Shown here: one piece after another, positions 1 through 9,130 of the stretch
How positions within the stretch are numbered: the stretch's first letter is position 1
Layout: each line of letters begins with the position of its first letter
Source: a virus
Lineage: Duplodnaviria > Caudoviricetes
Length of the DNA: 64,000 bases
Virus record (IMG/VR): IMGVR_UViG_3300036784_000078
Coordinates: 3,442 to 67,441 of that record
Reading direction: 5' to 3' (one strand)
Notes under the pieces: generated by a model
Told to the model about the DNA's origin: nothing
The model's database searches: none
Seen by the model: the letters and a program-made list of their open reading frames with translations, nothing else
Program-made: the position numbers and the translations under genes

Positions 1-1173
1 GATATCCGCCGCCCTGGCGGCCTCTGGTCCGAGAGCATTAAACTCTATCCGTTCGCCCAGGGCGTGCCGGTCGCGCACAACCTGATCTGGCGGTGGCCCG
101 CCGGCGGCAGCGTCCGGCTGGCGCACCTCGAGTACGAGACGACGGTACTTGAATGGCACGGCAGCCAGGTCCAGTGCCTCTGCTTCGATGAGCTGCAGAG
201 CTTCACGCGTTATCAGTTCTTCTATCTGCTCAGCCGCAACCGGGGCATGACCGGCGTGCGGCCCTATATCCGGGCGTCGTGCAACGCCGATGCCGCCTCC
301 TGGGTCGCGGAGTTCATCGCATGGTGGATCGACCAGGAGACCGGCTACGCGATCCCCGAGCGATCGGGCATCAAGCGCTGGTTCGTGCGCGGGCCGGATG
401 ACGGGCTGCTGTGGTTTGCCAGCAAGCGCGAGGCGATGCGGGAGACGGGCCAAGCGGCGGAGACGATCAAGTCGCTCACGTTCATCGCGGCGAAGCTCGC
501 CGACAATCCGGCGTTGATGCGCAACGACCCGGCCTATCTCGGCAACCTGATGATGCTGCCTGCGGTGGAGCGCGAGCGGCTGCTGAACGGCAACTGGAAA
601 ATCCGTCCCTTGGCCGGGCTCTATTTCAACCGGGCGTGGTGCCAGATGGTGGACATAGCGCCGGCGCATCTGGCGATGGGACGGGGATGGGATCTCGCCG
701 CCACGCCGGAAACGACCGAGACCGATCCCGATTGGACGACGTCGACCAAGATCGGCCGGATGACCGACGGCCGCTATATCGTGCTCGACCACACGTATTT
801 CCGTGGCACGCCGGCCGAGGTCGAACGGCGGGTGCTGAACACCGCGAGCCAGGACGGGCTGGGCTGCACGCAAGGGCTGCCGCAGGACCCTGGGCAGGCG
901 GGCAAGCATCAGATCGCGAGCTTTGTGCGGTTGTTGGCGGGCTATCCGGTCGAATCCAGTCCCGAGACGGGGGACAAGATCACGCGGTTCTCGCCGTTCT
1001 CGGCGCAGGCGGAGCAGAACAACGTGCTGGTGCTGCGCGGTGGATGGAACGAACGCTGGTTTCAGATGCTTGAAGGATTTCCCTCTTTACCAAAGGACGA
1101 CGATGTCGACTCAACGTCTAGAGCATTTCAATTGGTAGCCCAGGGAGGGTTAGGGTTATGGCTCAAAATGTGA
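1..1173 (+). CDS. terL: Terminase large subunit (5'-truncated; frame is open from base 1)
   Basis: Walker-B-like LCFDELQSF, RASCNAD coupling motif, C-terminal nuclease with GWDLAA ... DDDVDSTSRAF; portal gene follows. Confidence 0.93.
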   Translation, partial: DIRRPGGLWSESIKLYPFAQGVPVAHNLIWRWPAGGSVRLAHLEYETTVLEWHGSQVQCLCFDELQSFTRYQFFYLLSRNRGMTGVRPYIRASCNADAASWVAEFIAWWIDQETGYAIPERSGIKRWFVRGPDDGLLWFASKREAMRETGQAAETIKSLTFIAAKLADNPALMRNDPAYLGNLMMLPAVERERLLNGNWKIRPLAGLYFNRAWCQMVDIAPAHLAMGRGWDLAATPETTETDPDWTTSTKIGRMTDGRYIVLDHTYFRGTPAEVERRVLNTASQDGLGCTQGLPQDPGQAGKHQIASFVRLLAGYPVESSPETGDKITRFSPFSAQAEQNNVLVLRGGWNERWFQMLEGFPSLPKDDDVDSTSRAFQLVAQGGLGLWLKM

Positions 1174-1781
1174 AGTCGGTTGGCCTTTGAACGGTTCTCA
1201 CGCTTTAGCAGATATTGCAGGTTCCACGGCACATGGAGACCGCAGACGTTGGCGCCTTTGATCGGCACGATATGATCGACCTCATGTCCAGGAGGGCATG
1301 CAGCGTAGACAGCTGCGAGGGCTTTGTAATCGACCCAGGGAGGCGTTGCGACCCTCACACGCTTCTTGCGCATTCGGCGACTTTCCGGGTGTGCCTTGGC
1401 GTATGCACAGCAGCGTTTGCGCTCGCGTTCAATGTTCCGATTATAGTGCGCCTGCCCCCACGCCTTCACCTTGGCGGGGTTCTCTTTCCGGTAAGCGGCA
1501 CGTTGGATGGCATAATTGGGATTGCGACGCCGTGTGGCTTTGCCCTTTTCCGATGTGCTGTAGCGTCGGACGGTGGCCCTTCCTTTCGCTGAAGCGCCAT
1601 GACGCCGTGAGGCCTCATTCACGTTGTCCCGGTTCTCGTCTACCCAGAGAGCAAGACAGTCTAAGCACCTGCCGCATTTGGTATAGCGCTCGGCGACGTG
1701 GCCGCGCTTGCACGGTTTGCCTGTGAAGTAGCGTAGAGCGCCAAGTGCCTTGGCGGCTGCTCGTTCTGCTTTGGCCACCAT
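1128..1781 (-). CDS. Free-standing HNH homing endonuclease; overlaps terL 3' end by 46 bp
   Basis: N-terminal YFTGKPCKRGH motif, C-terminal HEVDHIVPIKGANVCGLHVPWNLQYL; start placed at ATG 1781 just below a promoter. Confidence 0.88.
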   Translation of the reverse strand: MVAKAERAAAKALGALRYFTGKPCKRGHVAERYTKCGRCLDCLALWVDENRDNVNEASRRHGASAKGRATVRRYSTSEKGKATRRRNPNYAIQRAAYRKENPAKVKAWGQAHYNRNIERERKRCCAYAKAHPESRRMRKKRVRVATPPWVDYKALAAVYAACPPGHEVDHIVPIKGANVCGLHVPWNLQYLLKRENRSKANRLHILSHNPNPPWATN

Positions 1782-1790
1782 TGTTCGATG

Positions 1791-1819
1791 ATTATAGGCG
1801 AAGAGTTGTGTTGCAGCAA
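1791..1819 (-). promoter_or_regulatory. Sigma70-type promoter for HNH 1128-1781
   Basis: TTGCTG-17 bp-TATAAT, 9 nt before the ATG, no SD. Confidence 0.7.
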
Positions 1820-1946
1820 CGTTTGACGTATGATGACGACGTGTATAGGTTTGCCGCGGCGGGGCGGTAGCGTCGGCTGGCATCGTCACAACGCACCGAC
1901 CCTCCGGAATGGCCCGGCACGGCCGCGGCATCGGAAAGGCAGAGTG

Positions 1947-2345
1947 ATGGCGAAGGCGGCGCCACGGTTCAAATGCCCGCATTGCGGCATGGTGAGCCAC
2001 AGCAAGACCGACATCGAGCAACGCTATTGCGGCCGGTGCCATCTGTTCGCCGAAGACAGCGAGGAGTTCGCCGCGGCGATGGTGGCGCCGCTGGTAGAGG
2101 CTATTCGCCCGCTGCTGGCAGGCCAGCCGCCGAATGCGGTCGGTGCTGCGCTGGCGGACCTGCTGGCGATCTGGCTGGCATCCCATCATGTGACGGGGAC
2201 GCAATGGGATGCGGCCGAGACCCGGCGGCTGCGGGAGGCGATGCTGAAGATGCATGTTGGCATGGTCTGGCGGCTGGTCGCGGTGAACGAAGGGGCCGCG
2301 GCGGGCGGGGACGAGGACGAGCCAGCCGGCGCGGTGCGGCACTGA
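1947..2345 (+). CDS. Hypothetical protein with N-terminal zinc ribbon
   Basis: CPHC...CGRC motif; SD-like GGAAAGG upstream; closely followed by next ORF. Confidence 0.65.
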   Translation: MAKAAPRFKCPHCGMVSHSKTDIEQRYCGRCHLFAEDSEEFAAAMVAPLVEAIRPLLAGQPPNAVGAALADLLAIWLASHHVTGTQWDAAETRRLREAMLKMHVGMVWRLVAVNEGAAAGGDEDEPAGAVRH

Positions 2346-2347
2346 CC

Positions 2348-2857
2348 ATGCGGCTGGTGCACTACTCCGACCGCGAGGTCAGGTTGCCGCTAGACCCTAT
2401 CACGCAAGCGGTGGCACCCAGCTTGAAGCCGATCGGGTTTTGGCTGTCCGACGACGACGCTGAGGTGACCTGGCGCCGATGGTGCGAGGAAGCCGACATT
2501 TTTCTCGAACGTCTGACGCACGTGCATGATGTGACGCTCGCTGCGGACTGCCGCGCATTGCAGCTCGGCACGCCGAGCGCAATCGACCAATTCACCGAGG
2601 CATATTCCGTCGATCTGCTCCCTGGCATCCGGCGTGGGATATACGTCGATTGGGCGCGGGTCGCGCGGGACTATGATGCGCTCATCTGCTCGCCCTATGT
2701 CTGGGAACGGCGGCTGGGTCCGATGTGGTACTATGGGTGGGACTGCGCGAGCGCCTGCGTGTTCAATCCGGCCGCTGTCGGCTCGATCGTGCTGCGGTCG
2801 GCATTCGCGGGCGATGCAACCTGGGGTAATCATGCGGGCCGGAAGGCACTGTCGTAG
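2348..2857 (+). CDS. Conserved phage hypothetical protein (possible ART-like fold)
   Basis: HYS...KPIGFWLS...YDAL...WYYGWDCASACVF pattern recalled from other phage proteins. Confidence 0.65.
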   Translation: MRLVHYSDREVRLPLDPITQAVAPSLKPIGFWLSDDDAEVTWRRWCEEADIFLERLTHVHDVTLAADCRALQLGTPSAIDQFTEAYSVDLLPGIRRGIYVDWARVARDYDALICSPYVWERRLGPMWYYGWDCASACVFNPAAVGSIVLRSAFAGDATWGNHAGRKALS

Positions 2858-3033
2858 AACGGGGATTATGTTAACTCCCCGGAAGTATCCGCCAAGCATA
2901 ACCGGGCCGTCCTGATGTCCCCGTCGGACCCACCGCCGCCGCAACTTGCGTATGCCACTACAGCACCGGCCGCCGAGCATCGGCGTTACTTGCCGCGAGG
3001 ACTCGCGTCCTAACGGCTTTCGCAACGGTAAAC

Positions 3034-3216
3034 TCAGCCCGTTGCAACCGGCCGATCGCCCGTGTCGAGGATCTGCCGCGCGAAGTCGCAGAGCGCGCGC
3101 GTGGTGCAGTCGCGTTTCCCGGTCAGGACTTGCCAGTCCTCCCGGTCCTGGACAGTCCAGGCACCGCCCCGATGGAATAGCAGCACGGCACGAGCGAGCC
3201 GCTCGGTATCAGTCAT
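3034..3216 (-). CDS. Small hypothetical protein
   Basis: 60 aa, protein-like composition, overlaps upstream minus-strand ORF. Confidence 0.5.
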   Translation of the reverse strand: MTDTERLARAVLLFHRGGAWTVQDREDWQVLTGKRDCTTRALCDFARQILDTGDRPVATG

Positions 3217-3439
3217 CGAAGCCCTTGGACTGCTGGGACGCCTCGGCCTTGCTCGTGGTCCTGGCGTTGTCGTCGATGTCTCGCGCGACTAGCGCCTTCG
3301 CCTGACTGATGCCGCCGAGCGCCTTGCCGACAGAAAGGGCCGTGTCGGTGCTCATCTCGGGCAGACCGTGCGTCACGTGCAGCACGGCGAGGGCGTTGAA
3401 CTGGCTTTGCAGCAGGGCGTGGAGTTCTTTCAAGGTCAT
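3209..3439 (-). CDS. Small hypothetical protein
   Basis: MTLKELHALL..., SD CAGGAG upstream. Confidence 0.55.
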   Translation of the reverse strand: MTLKELHALLQSQFNALAVLHVTHGLPEMSTDTALSVGKALGGISQAKALVARDIDDNARTTSKAEASQQSKGFDD

Positions 3440-3533
3440 CGCGGTTCTCCTGGGGTCTTGCCTGACCGCCGTTGACAAACACGAAAAGCAACAGAACCCG
3501 AAAAATGCGACCAAACGTCAACGGAGGAAAGGC

Positions 3534-3704
3534 ATGCCGGCTCACACGCTGTTGGTCGTCCTGCTGATCGTGCTCGTCATCCTCATGCTGGGCGCCGCGC
3601 CGCGCTTCGGCTACGCGCCGGCTGCCTGGGGCTGGTACCCGTCCTCCGCGCTGCTGGCCCTGGTGGTGATCCTGATCCTGCTGCGCGTGCTCGGGGTGCT
3701 GTGA
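3534..3704 (+). CDS. DUF3309-like small membrane protein
   Basis: Two hydrophobic helices around LGAAPRFGY...WGWYPS, matching the DUF3309 pattern; SD GGAGG. Confidence 0.75.
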   Translation: MPAHTLLVVLLIVLVILMLGAAPRFGYAPAAWGWYPSSALLALVVILILLRVLGVL

Positions 3705-3998
3705 TCATCGAGGCGGCAGGCGATCGAGAATCTCAGATAGCATCGCGCCGTGGCTCTCCATCTGTTCGGCGACCTGTCCGACCATGCCGCTGATCCGCTG
3801 GTCAAAGTCGGCCAGCCGTTCGATCAGCACTTCGACGATATCTCGCACATCATCACGCGTGCTGAAGGTCGCGGCATCGCGCTCGCGGCCGCGTGACAGC
3901 AGGTCGAGTTTGATGCCGAGGCGACGCATTTCGCCCTGCATCTGACGCATCAAGACGCCGATGGCACGCAGTTCGATCGTATCGATGTGCTCACTCAT
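3705..3998 (-). CDS. Small coiled-coil hypothetical protein
   Basis: Heptad-rich 97 aa ORF; GAGGACACC leader motif. Confidence 0.6.
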   Translation of the reverse strand: MSEHIDTIELRAIGVLMRQMQGEMRRLGIKLDLLSRGRERDAATFSTRDDVRDIVEVLIERLADFDQRISGMVGQVAEQMESHGAMLSEILDRLPPR

Positions 3999-4027
3999 GC
4001 GGTGGTGTCCTCGGGAGGGCCTGAATA

Positions 4028-5635
4028 GTGAGTGATACCCCGAATGACGGGCGCATGCGAATACGGGTGCCGGCCGGGTCGTCTAACGAACGGCTCGGCG
4101 CGCTGACCACCGACGCGGTGTCGAATTTCGTAGCAAGGCTCGGCATCAGCAGTCCCAATCTGCTGGCGAACACGTCGTATAGTTTTACGCCAATTTCGCG
4201 CCTGCAACAGCTCATGGAATGGGCCTACCGAGGTTCCTGGGTCGTCGGCGCCGCGGTCGATGTGATCGCCGAAGACATGACCCGCGAAGGCGTGCAGATG
4301 AACTCAGACACGCCGCCCGACGACATCGAAGCCCTGCATACCGCCGAGAACGAGATATGCCTCTGGCAATCGCTGAGCGATACGATCAAGTGGGCGCGGC
4401 TCTATGGCGGCGCGCTGATGGTCTACATGATCGACGGCCAGGACCCGGCGACGCCGTTGCGCGAAGAAGCGGTGCCGCGTGACGGGCTCAAGGGCTTCAT
4501 GGTGATCGATCGGTGGATGGTGCAGCCGACGTTCTCGGAACTGGTGACTGAACCGGGACCGGAATATGGCATGCCGGTCTATTATGACCTGATCGCGACC
4601 GCACCCTACATGCCGCGCCAGCGCATCCACTACTCGCGGGTGCTGCGGCAGGACGGGGTGACGCTGCCGTTCCGCCAGCGGATCGCTGAAAACGGCTGGG
4701 GCATGAGCGTGATCGAGCGGCTCTATGATCGGCTGATCGCGTTCGACAGCGGCACGATGGGTGCGGCGCAGCTGCTCTACAAGGCGTATATTCGAACCTA
4801 CAAGGTGAACGGCTATCGCGCGCTGATCGGCGCCGGTGGCGAGTTCATCGAAAAGTTCATGAAGACGATGGAACTGATGCGGCTCATGCAGTCGAACGAG
4901 GGCATGACCGTCATCGACAAAGACGACGAATTCGAAACCCACGCCTATACCTTCGCCGGTATCCCCGATGTCTTGCTGATGCTGGGCCAGCAGCTATCGG
5001 GCGCGTTGGGCATCCCGCTGGTGCGGCTGTTCGGCCAATCGCCCGCCGGGCTGTCGGCGACGGGAGAAAGCGACTGGCGGCTTTATGAGAGCATGATCGG
5101 GGCGCAGCAACAGGCGCGGGTGAGCCGGCCGCTGACCAGGGTCTATCGCATCATGTGGCGGAGCGTGCTGGGCAAGGCGCCGCCGCCGGAATGGAATTTC
5201 ACCTTTCGCAACATCCGCCCGCTGACGGAAATGGAAAAGGCCGAGATTGCGCAGCGTGACGCCGACACGATCAAGCTGCTGCATGATGCGGCGATCATCT
5301 CGACCACGATCGCGCTGAAGGAATTGAAGCAGAACTCGATCCTGACCGGCCGGTTCACCAACATCACGACTGAGGACATCGAGGACAGCGAGGAAGCACC
5401 GCCGCCGTGGGAGCAACCCGAGCCTGGGATGCCGGGGGCACCAGGACAGCCAGGGGTGCCGCCGGGACAGCCCGGTGCCGCGCCTGGGGCGGCCGAAGGC
5501 GAGGGGGGCGGGGATACCGGTGGGACCAGTGTGCGGCTCGGTTCCAGCGCCCAGGGCGGCGAGGGCGAGGGCAAAGGCGAGACCGCCGACGGCAAGCCCA
5601 ATGGCAAGTTGAATGGCTCTGGCGCCGCCACATGA
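4028..5635 (+). CDS. Portal protein (DUF1073 family) with Pro/Gly-rich tail
   Basis: YRGSWVVGAAVDVIAEDMTREG, WARLYGGA, GIPLVRLFGQSPAGL motifs; lies between terL and head genes. Confidence 0.9.
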   Translation: MSDTPNDGRMRIRVPAGSSNERLGALTTDAVSNFVARLGISSPNLLANTSYSFTPISRLQQLMEWAYRGSWVVGAAVDVIAEDMTREGVQMNSDTPPDDIEALHTAENEICLWQSLSDTIKWARLYGGALMVYMIDGQDPATPLREEAVPRDGLKGFMVIDRWMVQPTFSELVTEPGPEYGMPVYYDLIATAPYMPRQRIHYSRVLRQDGVTLPFRQRIAENGWGMSVIERLYDRLIAFDSGTMGAAQLLYKAYIRTYKVNGYRALIGAGGEFIEKFMKTMELMRLMQSNEGMTVIDKDDEFETHAYTFAGIPDVLLMLGQQLSGALGIPLVRLFGQSPAGLSATGESDWRLYESMIGAQQQARVSRPLTRVYRIMWRSVLGKAPPPEWNFTFRNIRPLTEMEKAEIAQRDADTIKLLHDAAIISTTIALKELKQNSILTGRFTNITTEDIEDSEEAPPPWEQPEPGMPGAPGQPGVPPGQPGAAPGAAEGEGGGDTGGTSVRLGSSAQGGEGEGKGETADGKPNGKLNGSGAAT

Positions 5636-6467
5636 GAGTCCGGCGGACCGGCGGCAACGGCTGCGGGCCGAAGCGAACGCGGCACGCGCCGAGGAATCGT
5701 TTTCGAAATCGCGGAACGCGCAGAGGACCTATGGCCAGCAGCTTCGGCAAGTGGCGCGCCAGCTTGCGCGGATCATGGAAGCGCATATCAAAAGCGGGCC
5801 GGACGAACCGATCGAGCCGAGTGTCCGCTCGGCGATTGAGGCCGCGCTCGATCGCTACGCGAAAGCGCTGACGCCCTGGGCGCAGGCGACGGGTGCCAGG
5901 ATGCTGGCGGAGGTGAACCGCCGCGACAAGACGGCCTGGGAACGCCACTCGCGCATGATGTCGGCGGCGCTGCGGCGTGAAATCCAGGAAACCCCGGTGG
6001 GCGAGACCATCGCGCGGCTGCTCGCCGAACAGGTGGATCTGATCACCAGCCTGCCGCGTGAGGCCTCGCAAGAGGTGCATGAGCGGACGCTGTCGGCGAT
6101 CGAATTCGCCGGCCGCTATCCGGACCAGGAAGCCGGGATCAGAGAGAAGCTGCGCGCCGCCCACCCCGAGGCGATGGAGCAATGGATCAAGAACCGCGCG
6201 ACGCTGATCGCGGTGACGGAAACCTCGCGGGCGGCGAGCGTGCTGACCGAGGCGCGCGCGATTCACATCGGCGCCGACGAATACTTCTGGGTAAGCTCGC
6301 GGGACTGGAAGGTGCGGCCTTCGCACAAGGTGCTGGATCTGCGCTCGCAGCGGGGGGAGACGTTCCGCTGGGACGCGCCCCCGCTGTCGGACCCGCCGGA
6401 TTATCATTCGCATCCGGGGCAGATTTTTCGGTGCAGATGCGTCGCGATTCCAGTGTTGCCGGGATGA
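5613..6467 (+). CDS. Head morphogenesis protein (SPP1 gp7/MuF-like)
   Basis: RATLIAVTETSRA, YFW...DWKVRPSH, HPGQIFRCRC motifs. Confidence 0.9.
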   Translation: MALAPPHESPADRRQRLRAEANAARAEESFSKSRNAQRTYGQQLRQVARQLARIMEAHIKSGPDEPIEPSVRSAIEAALDRYAKALTPWAQATGARMLAEVNRRDKTAWERHSRMMSAALRREIQETPVGETIARLLAEQVDLITSLPREASQEVHERTLSAIEFAGRYPDQEAGIREKLRAAHPEAMEQWIKNRATLIAVTETSRAASVLTEARAIHIGADEYFWVSSRDWKVRPSHKVLDLRSQRGETFRWDAPPLSDPPDYHSHPGQIFRCRCVAIPVLPG

Positions 6468-6567
6468 TGCTTGCACCGGATGCCTGACGTGTGTGCAGAG
6501 TGTCGGCGTCTCGGCTGCAAACGGTTCATACCACCCCCGAGCAGCCGAGGCTGCGATCGCGACCTTC

Positions 6568-6603
6568 AAGCCGCTCCGAGCCCAAGTGGAGCGGCTTTTC
6601 TTT
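6568..6603 (+). terminator. Rho-independent terminator
   Basis: AAGCCGCTCC/GGAGCGGCTT 10-bp stem followed by TTCTTT. Confidence 0.7.
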
Positions 6604-6621
6604 GACCGGCGGAGGTGTGCG

Positions 6622-6840
6622 ATGGCGTCGGAGCCGAAGCCGCCGTTCGATCCGGTATGGGGCGCGTGGATATTGCTGCTCGCGATGGTGATCGTCGTCA
6701 TTGTCGGACAGACGTATATTTTCGCGGGCTGCATGCTGGGCGCGACGGGGATGTGTACGAGGCCGACCGAAAACCTTTCGAACATCGCCATGGAAATCCT
6801 GACGGCGGTCGCGATTCTGGTCGGCGTCAAACGACCATAG
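6622..6840 (+). CDS. Small membrane protein
   Basis: Two hydrophobic segments; SD GGAGG. Confidence 0.6.
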   Translation: MASEPKPPFDPVWGAWILLLAMVIVVIVGQTYIFAGCMLGATGMCTRPTENLSNIAMEILTAVAILVGVKRP

Positions 6841-6849
6841 GAGTCGGTA

Positions 6850-7173
6850 ATGCCAATCAATCACGACACTTGGTCGGTTCCGGTTGTCTCGCTGGACGAA
6901 ATCAAGCGGATGGGCGGGGCTTCATCGGATGAATGGACGCCGGAGCAACGGGAGAAATATGCGCAGCGCACGGCCGTGGTGGCGAACCGCCAGTCGGGTC
7001 AGCACGGTCCTACCGCACAGTCAGCGGGCAAGACCCCGTCAGGGGGAGGCGGGGGACCGGGGCCGTCACGCGAGGAAGTGGTGAAGAACCGGCAATCGGG
7101 TCAGTACGGTCCTACCGCACGGTCAGCGGGCAAAACGAAGCTCTGGACGCCGCCGCGCGGCGGCAAGGGCTGA
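6850..7173 (+). CDS. Hypothetical low-complexity protein with a duplicated 20-aa motif
   Basis: SD AGGAG; VVxNRQSGQxGPTAxSAGKT occurs twice (about 6976-7034 and 7078-7136). Confidence 0.6.
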   Translation: MPINHDTWSVPVVSLDEIKRMGGASSDEWTPEQREKYAQRTAVVANRQSGQHGPTAQSAGKTPSGGGGGPGPSREEVVKNRQSGQYGPTARSAGKTKLWTPPRGGKG

Positions 7174-7192
7174 TAGATCGCGTGATGCGCCG

Positions 7193-9130
7193 ATGGAATG
7201 GTACACCGTCGCCCGGCTGTCCGACCATATGGAAACCACCCCGGAAGGGTTCCTGCTGGTGCGCGACGTGCCGGTCGCGCGCTGCGGCGTGCAGCTCTAC
7301 CGGCAAGGCGAAATACCTGGCATTGACGCGAACGACGACGGCTGGATCGAGGTCGATCGCGAGCCGTCGGAGGTGTTCCGCCCGGCGAGCATCGCGAGCT
7401 TTTCCGGTAAGCCGATCGTCGAGGATCATCCGTATCAACTGGTCAATCCGTCGAACTATGCCGACCTGGCGCTCGGTCACATCGGCAATCCGCGGCGCGG
7501 CGAGAACACCGACCACGACCTGCTGCTGGCCGATCTGCTGTTCACCACCGACAAGGGGATTGCGCTGGTTCGTGGCGGCGGGAAACGCGCGCTGTCGGTC
7601 GGCTACAATGCGTATTACGAGCGGGCGGGGAAGGGCCTGGGGCGGCAGAAGGACATCATCTGCAACCACATCGCGGTCGTCGACGAAGGACGCTGTGGCG
7701 AGCGCTGCACGATCCTGGACGGTCGGGCCGTCTACAATGATGCGGTTGCGGAGGACCGTCCGGACGAGGACGCCGACATCGACTATGCGTGCGACGCCGA
7801 CATCGACTTTCGCGATGACTTCGTAGAAAGCCAGCATCCGCGCGGTGCGTCCGGCACCAGCAAAGGCGGCCAGTTCGTCTCACAGGGCGGCGGTGGGGCT
7901 GGCACGGCAAGCCATGCCGCGAGCGTGCCGGGACCGAGCGCCAAGGTGGTGCAGACGCATGGGCCATCGAAGCAGCTCGGCGCCAAGGTCAAGCAGGCGC
8001 TCACGACGGGCCACGGCCTCGAGGCGCTGAAGCAGGAGATCCAGCAATACGGCGCGAAGTATCAGAACGCCGGCTATAAGTCCTATGCCAAGGCGCTGCT
8101 CGCGCATATCGCCAAGGCCGAGGCTTCCGGCGGGGGCACAGCGGCGCCGGCGGCGTCGGGCGCACCACTAGCCCCGCAGCCCCCGGAGGCGCCAGCGGCC
8201 CCCACAGCCCCGCCAGCGGCCCCCACAGCCCCGCCAGCGGCGCCCGCCGGGCCGGTGCCGTATCCCGGCAGTCCTGGGCAGCAGAAGATTTACGAAATCG
8301 CCACGGGAAGCGGGTCGGCCTGGGGAAAGCTGAAGGCGATAGCGGAAGTGCAGGCCTCGCCCAGCTCCGGACCGAACACCAAGGCGTTCGGCCAGGAGTG
8401 GATCACGGCACTCGGGGGTGCGTCGACGCCCGCAGTGGCCGCCCCCACAGCCCCGTCCGCGCCCGCCAAGTCGAAAGGGCAATACGGGGGCGTCCTGAGT
8501 ACCGCGCCGGCCCACACGGCCCGCTACAAGCGCGCCGTGGATATGATGGAAGCGGCAAAGAAGCCCGAGGGCACTGGCAAATCAACCGGGGACAAGGCGG
8601 CGGCGCGGAAGATCTGCCCGACCCTCGCGCCTGCCCATTGGAATAAGGCACCAGAGGCGGCCAAGGCGGCGATCGGCAAGTATTGGGACGGCTACTACGA
8701 TAACATCAACGGCGCGCTGCGCGACCCGAAGAAGGAAAAGGGCGACGCGTTGATACAGGAGGCAATCAGCGAGATCGATGAGCAGTTCTTTGCGGAGGGG
8801 GCCGAGCTTACCGCGGATGTGCGGCTGACGCGCGGGGAGGATGTGCCGCCAGAGCAGATCGACGAGTGGATCAAGGGCCTCGAGGCCGGCTTGCCGGTGT
8901 CGTATCACAAAGAGGGGTTCATCTCGACATCGATGCACTCGAGGCCGGCGTTCAGCCAGAAGAACACGTGGTATATCATCGCCGCTAAAAAGGGCACGCC
9001 AGCGCTCGGCATCGATACCATCAGCACTCACCATGAGAACGAGGTGCTGTTGCGGCACGGGCAGACGTTCGAGATCTATCAGATTGAAAAAGGCAGCGGG
9101 AAGACCTACGTTTATATGGTAACGAAATGA
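7193..9130 (+). CDS. DUF2213 head protein fused to a VIP2/Alt-like ADP-ribosyltransferase
   Basis: N-terminal TPEGFLLVRDVPVAR...LSVGY...NHIAVVDEGRCG (DUF2213); QHPRG..GGQF motif; Pro/Ala linker; C-terminal YYDNINGALR, LTRG (R547), FISTS (S578), ENE (E615/E617). Confidence 0.88.
   Translation: MEWYTVARLSDHMETTPEGFLLVRDVPVARCGVQLYRQGEIPGIDANDDGWIEVDREPSEVFRPASIASFSGKPIVEDHPYQLVNPSNYADLALGHIGNPRRGENTDHDLLLADLLFTTDKGIALVRGGGKRALSVGYNAYYERAGKGLGRQKDIICNHIAVVDEGRCGERCTILDGRAVYNDAVAEDRPDEDADIDYACDADIDFRDDFVESQHPRGASGTSKGGQFVSQGGGGAGTASHAASVPGPSAKVVQTHGPSKQLGAKVKQALTTGHGLEALKQEIQQYGAKYQNAGYKSYAKALLAHIAKAEASGGGTAAPAASGAPLAPQPPEAPAAPTAPPAAPTAPPAAPAGPVPYPGSPGQQKIYEIATGSGSAWGKLKAIAEVQASPSSGPNTKAFGQEWITALGGASTPAVAAPTAPSAPAKSKGQYGGVLSTAPAHTARYKRAVDMMEAAKKPEGTGKSTGDKAAARKICPTLAPAHWNKAPEAAKAAIGKYWDGYYDNINGALRDPKKEKGDALIQEAISEIDEQFFAEGAELTADVRLTRGEDVPPEQIDEWIKGLEAGLPVSYHKEGFISTSMHSRPAFSQKNTWYIIAAKKGTPALGIDTISTHHENEVLLRHGQTFEIYQIEKGSGKTYVYMVTK
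8191..8241 (+). repeat. 21-bp tandem repeat (about 2.4 copies) in the Pro/Ala linker
   Basis: GCCAGCGGCCCCCACAGCCCC twice plus a partial copy. Confidence 0.9.

Noticed and set aside
4028-5635. Anti-CBASS Acb1 label sometimes attached to DUF1073 proteins
   Set aside because: No 2H-phosphoesterase HxT/S pair or extra domain seen; the C-terminus is only a Pro/Gly tail, so this is simply the portal
7820-9130. Intein or intron explaining the DUF2213-ART fusion
   Set aside because: No N-terminal C/S plus C-terminal HN intein signature, no LAGLIDADG motifs and no group I/II features; the ART is terminal and ends at a stop
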